Shown piece by piece: positions 58,325 through 64,000 of a stretch of 64,000 nucleotides of DNA. The stretch is taken from the NCBI GenBank assembly GCA_003170295.1, contig PNAJ01000148.1:3946-67945 (forward strand). Reading direction: 5' to 3'. The notes under the pieces were generated by a model. The model was not told the origin of the DNA, did not search any database, and saw nothing but the letters and a program-made list of their open reading frames with translations. Each line of letters opens with the position of its first letter. Position 1 is the stretch's first letter. Source of the DNA: Bryobacterales bacterium. Its GTDB lineage: Bacteria; Acidobacteriota; Terriglobia; Bryobacterales; Bryobacteraceae. The position numbers and the translations under genes are program-made.

Positions 58325-59303
58325 TGAACTCATCCGTCGAAGCCTTCCCCCCCACGTCCCCCGTCAGCGCCGACCGATCCGCATAAACTTTCTCGATTGC
58401 CCCTTGCAGCCTCTTCGCCGCCTCCAGCTCCTCTAAATGAATCAGCATCATCACCGACGACAACATCATCGCCGTCGGATTCGCGATCCCCTTCCCCGCA
58501 ATATCTGGAGCCGACCCGTGCACCGCCTCGAACACCGCATGACCCTCGCCCATGTTCGCCCCCGGCACAATCCCGAGCCCGCCCACTAAGCCCGCCGCCA
58601 AGTCCGACACAATGTCGCCATACAAATTCGGCAGCAGCAGCACGTCGAACGTTTCCGGCCGCATCACCAGTTGCATCGACGCGTTATCGACGATCAACTC
58701 TTTATATTCAATATGCGGAAACTTCGCCGCCACCTCGCGGCAGCACCGCAAAAACAGCCCGTCGGCGAGCTTCATGATGTTCGCCTTGTGAATCGCCACG
58801 ACCTTCTTCCGTCCCATGCGGTTCGCGTAAGCGAACGCGTACTCGGCGATCTTGATCGAAGCCACCCGCGTAATCACCTTCAGGCTGGTGACGACGTCTT
58901 TCACTACCTCGTGCTCCAGCCCCGAATAAAGATCCTCCGTGTTCTCGCGAAAAATCACCATGTCGATCTTCACATCGGAAAACCGCGTCGCAAATCCCGG
59001 TAAGGACCGCACCGGCCTCACGTTCGCATACAGATCGAGCCTCTTCCGCAGAGCTACATTGACGCTGGCGAACCCTCCGCCAATCGGAGTGGTCACGGGT
59101 CCCTTCAATCCCACCCGAGTGCGTTCCAAACTGTCGAGCACATCCTGCGGCAGCGACACCCCCGCCTTGCGAATCACCTCTTCGTTAAGTTGAACCACTT
59201 CCCAATCGATCGAAACGCCCGTAGCATCGACAGCGCGACGCGCAGCGGAGGAAACCTCGGGACCAATCCCGTCCCCTGGAATCAAAGTAACTTGATGAGA
59301 CAC
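58299..59303 (-). CDS. NAD-dependent isocitrate dehydrogenase-like (isocitrate/isopropylmalate dehydrogenase family, 334 aa)
   Basis: IPGDGIGPEV, NV.LRK..DLYANVRP and NLYGDI.SD motifs. Confidence 0.85.
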   Translation of the reverse strand: MSHQVTLIPGDGIGPEVSSAARRAVDATGVSIDWEVVQLNEEVIRKAGVSLPQDVLDSLERTRVGLKGPVTTPIGGGFASVNVALRKRLDLYANVRPVRSLPGFATRFSDVKIDMVIFRENTEDLYSGLEHEVVKDVVTSLKVITRVASIKIAEYAFAYANRMGRKKVVAIHKANIMKLADGLFLRCCREVAAKFPHIEYKELIVDNASMQLVMRPETFDVLLLPNLYGDIVSDLAAGLVGGLGIVPGANMGEGHAVFEAVHGSAPDIAGKGIANPTAMMLSSVMMLIHLEELEAAKRLQGAIEKVYADRSALTGDVGGKASTDEFTSGVIRAM

Positions 59304-59329
59304 AAGTCCATTGTAAGTAATATGTTGTT

Positions 59330-59538
59330 ATGACAGACACCGTCGTAGAAGCCCTGATCCTCGATCTTCTCGACTGGCTGGCAGCCCGCGAGCGAACCTA
59401 TGAAGAAGTAATGGACGCCTGGCGCACGTCCTGCCCAAACTCCCGGTGTGGGAAGAAGCGAATGACCGGGGACTTATCATAACGGAGGAAGGGATCGTAA
59501 AGATAACTTCGCTGGGACGCACCCTCCTGGACCGCTGA
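59330..59538 (+). pseudogene. Frameshifted copy A of a small conserved hypothetical gene
   Basis: The first about 105 nt are nearly identical to 60322-60564. A C3 run at 59434-59436 stands against C4 in copy B, which shifts the frame to an early stop. The corrected frame ends at 59538. Confidence 0.65.
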
Positions 59539-59545
59539 CGGCCTT

Positions 59546-60284
59546 GTGGGGCCGCCAATATTGGCGGCAGCCGCCCTTTCAGGCGGCTCTGGCTCTGAGA
59601 ATTTTTCCTCTCCAAAACCACAACTAAATCATATGAAACGCTACGAGCGACGCCTCCCACACTGGGACGCAGTAGGCCAACCCCTCTTCGTTACTTTCCG
59701 CCTGCACGACAGCCTTCCCGTCAACCGCGTGTTTCCTCCATCTGAACTGACCACCGGGAAAGCGTTCGTCGCGATGGATCGCATCTTAAGATCGAGCAGA
59801 AACCGGCCCGAAGCATCTCTGCATCCCAGAAATCGCCGCGCTTGTAGCTACATCTCTACGCGAAGGCGACCGCCGATTCCTCCGCTACAAACTACATGCC
59901 TTTGTGGTCATGCCGAATCATGTTCATCTTCTGGTAACCCCCAACGTCGTTGCCACGCGATGGCTCGGGCCTCTGAAGGGTTTTACCGCCTATCAAGCCA
60001 ACCGAATCCTGGGTCGCGCCGGCAACCCATTCTGGCAACACGAAGGCTACGATCACCTCGTGAGATCGGACGAAGAGTTTGCTCGGATCCGCAGATATAT
60101 CGAAAACAATCCGGCATCCGCTGGCCTTGTTGCCGAACCGGGAGATTTCGAGTGGTCGAGTGCGTACGCAGGGCCGCCTGAAAGGGCGGCTGCCGCCACT
60201 AACTGACCCGCTTGTGGAGCAATCAACTGTTGAGGCAATAATGTGGGGCCGCCAATTTTGGCGGCAGGCGCCCTTTCTAGGCGG
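59546..60284 (+). mobile_element. RAYT-REP unit: REP3 - Y1 transposase (disrupted) - REP3 partial (inverted) - REP3
   Basis: REP3 units lie at 59546-59588 (+), 60173-60198 (-, partial) and 60243-60284 (+), bracketing the HUH/Y1 gene. Confidence 0.8.
59633..60206 (+). pseudogene. REP-associated tyrosine transposase (RAYT, IS200/IS605-like Y1 HUH), disrupted by a +1 frameshift
   Basis: MKRYERRLPHWD..G..LFVTFRL is in one frame. ..DRAETGPKHLCIPEIAALVATSLREGDRRFLRYKLHAFVVMPNHVHLLV...RYIENNP is in the next frame. A TAA at 59787-59789 lies inside CTTAAG. Deleting one A restores MDRILDRAETGPK. Confidence 0.75.
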
Positions 60285-60321
60285 TTCGTTGCACCCCGGA
60301 TCGAGATTGTATATTCAAAGC

Positions 60322-60564
60322 ATGGCCGACGCCGTCGTAGAAGCCCTGATCCTCGATCTTCTCGACTGGCTGGCAGCCCGCGAGCGGACCTATGAACAAG
60401 TAATGGACGCCTGGCGCACTTCCTGCCCCAAACTCCCGGTATGGGAAGAAGCGAATGATCGAGGACTTGTCACGAAGAAAGAAGTAAACGGCCGCAGCAT
60501 CGTCGCGATCACATCATCCGGCCGTGCTTTATTGAGGCAGCGCACAAAAGCCGGGCAGATCTAG
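60322..60564 (+). CDS. Small conserved hypothetical protein (intact copy B, 80 aa)
   Basis: MADAVVEALILDLLDWLAARERTYEQVMDAWRTSCPKLPVWEEANDRGLV... The longer track ORF from 60079 reads through REP3 and is rejected. Confidence 0.55.
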   Translation: MADAVVEALILDLLDWLAARERTYEQVMDAWRTSCPKLPVWEEANDRGLVTKKEVNGRSIVAITSSGRALLRQRTKAGQI

Positions 60565-60578
60565 CGATGACGCAAAAG

Positions 60579-60688
60579 CGCGAAAACCGGGACTGACCTC
60601 TCTGTCCCAAGGCGCCACAATCTCCCGCAAAAGCACTCGCAAAACTCCGCACCGGATGGACAGAGCGGTCTGTCCCGGCTTTCGCCCC
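60579..60688 (+). mobile_element. MITE-like element, family 4
   Basis: CGCGAAAACCGGGACTGACCTCTCTGTCCC...GGACAGAGCGGTCTGTCCCGGCTTTCGCCCC, with about 27-bp terminal inverted repeats. Confidence 0.8.
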
Positions 60689-60699
60689 TGGATCAAGAG

Positions 60700-62403
60700 C
60701 TACTCCACGTCTTTCCCCATATACATCTCACTCACCAACCCCCGATGATTCTCCAGCACCCGGTTGCGCCGCACCTTCATCGTCGGCGTCAACTCTCCTT
60801 GCTCAATCGAAAAATCCTTTTCGAGAATCTTGAATTTCCGCACCCGCTCAAACGAGGCAAGCTGTTTATTCACATCCTTCACCGCCCGCTCCACAGAGCT
60901 TTGAGCTTCCTCGGGCGTACCATTCACCGTGAACAGAGCCGTTACATACGGCATCCGATCCCCGATCAATAGGACCTGATTAATCGCTGGCTCCTTCTTT
61001 AACATCCCCTCAATTCGCGAAGGATAAATCTTTTTCCCATTCGAGGAAACAATCAGCTCTTTTTTGCGCCCGGTGATGTAGTAATACCCATCCGCATCGC
61101 ACTCCGCAAGGTCGCCCGTCGCCAGCCATCCACCGCGCAACACCGCCGCCGTCGCTTCCGGATCTTTGTAATAACCCGAGAACAGCGACCCGCCGCGCAG
61201 CATCAATTCACCGTCTTCCTCGATCCTCGCTTCAAAGCCCGGCAGCAGTTTTCCGATGCTCCCAGCCTTCGGCCGCTCGATTGGATTCAGCAACGCCACG
61301 CCGCCTTCGGTCAATCCGTACCCTTCAATCAGAGGCATCCCGATGGCGCCATAGAATTCCGCGAGATCCTTGCTCAGCGGAGCCGCTCCACTCGCGGCAA
61401 GTCTCATTCGTCCACCCAAACGTTCGCGTATTTTCGAGAATACCAGGCGATCGAAAACGCGCAGCGAAGTTCGCATCCAGCCCGGTATCGCTTTGCCCAG
61501 TTGCCGCCTCCGGTCGGCTTCCGATCCTAGTCCAATCGCGGTGTAGAACAGCCGCCTCACCGCCGCCGGGCGTTTTCGAATCTCGGTAGAGACGGTCGAG
61601 TAAATCCGCTCCCACACTCTCGGCGGAGCGAGAAAAAAAGTCGGCCGAATCGTACGCAATTCATGCGGGAGCTTCGCGAGCCCTTCTGAAAACCAGATGC
61701 ACCCTCCTTCACGGATCGGCAGCAGCTCCACCACGACGCGCTGAGCGATGTGCGCCGAGGGCAGAAACGCAATCGTGCAATCTTCCGTCGAAAGTGGGAA
61801 CGATGTGGGCGACATATCCATATTCGCCACCAATGCCCGCTGCGAAACCAATCCCATCTTCGGTTCGCCGGTAGCTCCGGAAGTCGAATAGAGCACCGCC
61901 ATATCGGATTCTGAAACCTCCGAGCGAATCCTTTCAAATACGCCGGGATCTTCCCGCATCTTCTTCTCGCCCAGCGCCCGCACCGAATCGTCCGTCAGCA
62001 GAATCCACTGCACATCCAAAGGCCCCTCACCCTGGAGCGCCTTCATGACCTTCTCGTTTTCCACAAATACGACGGTCGCATCCGATGCCCGCAAAGTTTT
62101 CGCCTGATCCGCATAGGGCAAGCTGGTATAGAGCGCCGCCGAAATGGCCCCCGCGGTCATCACGCCAATATCGGTGAGATAAAACTCCGCCCGAGTCTCC
62201 GATTGCAACGCCACCACCCCGCCCTTGGGCACTCCGATCTCGCGCACACCCACCGCAATCTGCTGCACCGTGTCGCGATATTCGCGCCACGTCCACGTCC
62301 GGTATTTTCCGCCCCCCAGCGGTTGATGCAGCGCCGCTTTTTCGGGGTATTTCTCAGCGGTTTCTTCAAGCACCGTGTAGACGGTCCGGGCCTTCATCCG
62401 CAC
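60700..62403 (-). CDS. AMP-dependent synthetase/ligase (long-chain fatty-acid-CoA ligase-like)
   Basis: YSTSGATGEPKM (AMP motif I), EGYGLTE, GWLATGD and GRKKELI motifs. Confidence 0.9.
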   Translation of the reverse strand: MRMKARTVYTVLEETAEKYPEKAALHQPLGGGKYRTWTWREYRDTVQQIAVGVREIGVPKGGVVALQSETRAEFYLTDIGVMTAGAISAALYTSLPYADQAKTLRASDATVVFVENEKVMKALQGEGPLDVQWILLTDDSVRALGEKKMREDPGVFERIRSEVSESDMAVLYSTSGATGEPKMGLVSQRALVANMDMSPTSFPLSTEDCTIAFLPSAHIAQRVVVELLPIREGGCIWFSEGLAKLPHELRTIRPTFFLAPPRVWERIYSTVSTEIRKRPAAVRRLFYTAIGLGSEADRRRQLGKAIPGWMRTSLRVFDRLVFSKIRERLGGRMRLAASGAAPLSKDLAEFYGAIGMPLIEGYGLTEGGVALLNPIERPKAGSIGKLLPGFEARIEEDGELMLRGGSLFSGYYKDPEATAAVLRGGWLATGDLAECDADGYYYITGRKKELIVSSNGKKIYPSRIEGMLKKEPAINQVLLIGDRMPYVTALFTVNGTPEEAQSSVERAVKDVNKQLASFERVRKFKILEKDFSIEQGELTPTMKVRRNRVLENHRGLVSEMYMGKDVE

Positions 62404-62422
62404 AATGCTACCATGCTGGGAA

Positions 62423-63217
62423 ATGCCGTACAGTCAAGAGATTGAAACAGCCCGCCGGGCGGCGAAGCTCTCCGCGGAGCTGGCTTTGCGCCATCAAAAA
62501 GCGGGCGTTTTTGCGGAAAATAAGCCCGATAATTCGCCGGTTACCATTGCCGACAAGGAATGCGAGAAACTGATCGCAAAATTGCTCGAAGAAGCGTATC
62601 CGGACGACGGAATTTTGGGTGAAGAAGGGGCGAGGAAAGAGTCGAAGAACGGACGCCGCTGGATCATCGATCCTATTGACGGCACAAGGGATTTCGTCCG
62701 GGGGAATCCACTTTGGAGCGTCCTCATTGCTCTGGAGAAAGAGGGCGAGGTGCAAGCCGGGGTCGTCCATCTGCCTCAGATGGGAAATACCTGCTGGGGA
62801 TCGCGCGGCGGAGGGTCGTTTCGCAACGGTATTCGGCTGAAAGTGTCCTCCATTTCCGCACCTGAACATGCAGTGATATCGCTAAACAGCCTTAATCGCA
62901 TCAAAAGTGCATCGTTAAGGGACTTATTGACTTCTTATTTGACCTTATTTTGGGCATTTCGATGCTTGGGAGGAACGCCCGATGCGATGATGCTCGCCGA
63001 GGGGCAGATGGACGCATGGGTCGAACCGAAGGTTGCTCCGTGGGACATGGCTGCGGCGCAGGTGATTTTGGAAGAGGCAGGCGCGGTGTTCTTCGCGTTC
63101 AACGGCAAGCGGTCGATTTATGAAGGCAACTGCGTCGCCTGCACGCCCGGCCTCGAAGCATCCATGCGCGAATTCTTCACTCGCATCGCAGAGCATGGAT
63201 CGGATCTATGCGGCTAG
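62423..63217 (+). CDS. Inositol monophosphatase family protein (HisN-like phosphatase candidate)
   Basis: ILGEEG, WIIDPIDGTRDF and WD.AA motifs. Confidence 0.85.
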   Translation: MPYSQEIETARRAAKLSAELALRHQKAGVFAENKPDNSPVTIADKECEKLIAKLLEEAYPDDGILGEEGARKESKNGRRWIIDPIDGTRDFVRGNPLWSVLIALEKEGEVQAGVVHLPQMGNTCWGSRGGGSFRNGIRLKVSSISAPEHAVISLNSLNRIKSASLRDLLTSYLTLFWAFRCLGGTPDAMMLAEGQMDAWVEPKVAPWDMAAAQVILEEAGAVFFAFNGKRSIYEGNCVACTPGLEASMREFFTRIAEHGSDLCG

Positions 63218-64000
63218 CCCGTCGCGCGGGGAACCAGATGGCGGCCAATGCTACCGCAGCCAATAAAATTGGGACTGCGATGAACACGACTGGGTCCAGC
63301 GCCGCGACTCCGTAGAGAAAGCTTTCGAGGAAGCGTGTCAAGCCAAGTGATGCCGCAACTCCAATCGCCGCGCCAATCAAAACTAGCAGCATTCCTTGGG
63401 CGATTACCATGTTTTGCACGTTGTTCGATCCGGCTCCCAGCGCGATGCGGATACCGATCTCCCTGGTGCGCTGCTCGACGCTGAAGGCCATCAATCCATA
63501 AATGCCGATCGCGGCAAGCAATAGGGCCGAGCCTCCGAAGATCAGCATCAGCACCATATTGAAATCCTGGCGCGCGGTAGAGGCCGACATAATTTCATCC
63601 ATCGACCGCACATTCACCGCAGGCAATCCGCCGCTCGCTTGGATCAACTCGGTCTTAATGGCGGAAGAGAGGGAATGAGGCTCGACGCGAGCGCGAATCA
63701 TCCATGTGGTCGGCATGCGAACGATGTACGCGGTGAAACCATCTGAGTTTTGCGGCAGCGGAATATAAATAGTGTTACCTGGAGGGTCGCTGCTGCGATC
63801 AGTGCGCTCCCGAACGTCGCCTGCGATGCCGACGATCTCGTGGGGACGATGATCGGAGGTGGATCCAGAGCCGAAGGTGATTTGCGCGCCTATGGCGTCG
63901 CCGTTGGGCCAAAACTGCCGTGCCATCGCTTGATTCACGATGATGACATCGGGTGCTCCTGCGCCGTCGCGGTCCGTAAACTTGCGGCCGCGCAGAATCG
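63177..64000 (-). CDS. ADOP-family MacB/FtsX-type permease, C-terminal part (gene continues past the right window edge)
   Basis: The frame stays open upstream of the track Met (..ILRGRKFTDRDGAGAPDVIIVNQAMA..). A C-terminal FtsX domain ends RRASRIDPIHALRCE. Confidence 0.85.
   Translation of the reverse strand, partial: ILRGRKFTDRDGAGAPDVIIVNQAMARQFWPNGDAIGAQITFGSGSTSDHRPHEIVGIAGDVRERTDRSSDPPGNTIYIPLPQNSDGFTAYIVRMPTTWMIRARVEPHSLSSAIKTELIQASGGLPAVNVRSMDEIMSASTARQDFNMVLMLIFGGSALLLAAIGIYGLMAFSVEQRTREIGIRIALGAGSNNVQNMVIAQGMLLVLIGAAIGVAASLGLTRFLESFLYGVAALDPVVFIAVPILLAAVALAAIWFPARRASRIDPIHALRCE

Noticed and set aside
59546-60290. Possible CRISPR array from repeated GC-rich palindromes
   Set aside because: The units are imperfect, occur in both orientations with irregular spacing, flank a transposase gene and recur singly elsewhere. 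This is REP behaviour, not CRISPR.
60079-60321. Upstream part of the 161-aa ORF 60079-60564
   Set aside because: It reads through two REP3 units (..GRLKGRLPP.., ..WGRQFWRQAPF..). The conserved protein starts at the ATG at 60322, as shown by the paralogous copy.

Overview
The window is a visibly GC-rich bacterial chromosomal segment. It is most likely Acidobacteriota, an inference from two ADOP-type duplicated MacB/FtsX permeases, many secreted TPR/peptidase proteins and dense REP-like repeats; no database search was possible. I support about 60 protein genes. Housekeeping genes include rsmA, gatB, dapF, cydAB, an NAD-IDH-like gene, a FadD-like ligase, an FKBP and a parvulin PPIase, and an enoyl-CoA hydratase. 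There is also one tRNA-Gly(CCC) and at least five families of short palindromic repeats (about 16 loci).

The most interesting region is 14.2-25.1 kb. An intact tRNA-Gly and a 41-nt direct repeat of its 3' end bracket a decayed integrase and one tightly packed 9-gene minus-strand operon. In order, the operon encodes:
- a Cyc2-like fused cytochrome-porin candidate
- a type-1 copper protein
- a GltD-like NAD(P)H oxidoreductase with ferredoxin domains
- a Tat Rieske protein
- a split b6-type cytochrome b with its subunit IV
- an octahaem cytochrome c
- an Ig-like plus monohaem lipoprotein
- an unknown secreted protein

I read this as a candidate horizontally acquired module for extracellular electron uptake and reverse electron flow. 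That reading is inference only.

Other notable items:
- a frameshifted RAYT transposase flanked by its cognate REPs and by a duplicated small gene
- a REP copy embedded in-frame in a coding sequence
- a 388-bp composite repeat insertion, with 13-bp direct repeats, that splits an ABC operon
- a MITE-like element that donates the stop codon of an S8 protease
- an unannotated HU-like ORF translationally coupled to an HU-like/TIR fusion protein
- tandem fused membrane/spermidine-synthase-like paralogues, one broken at a homopolymer

Start codons are often uncertain. All family calls rest on motifs read by eye.
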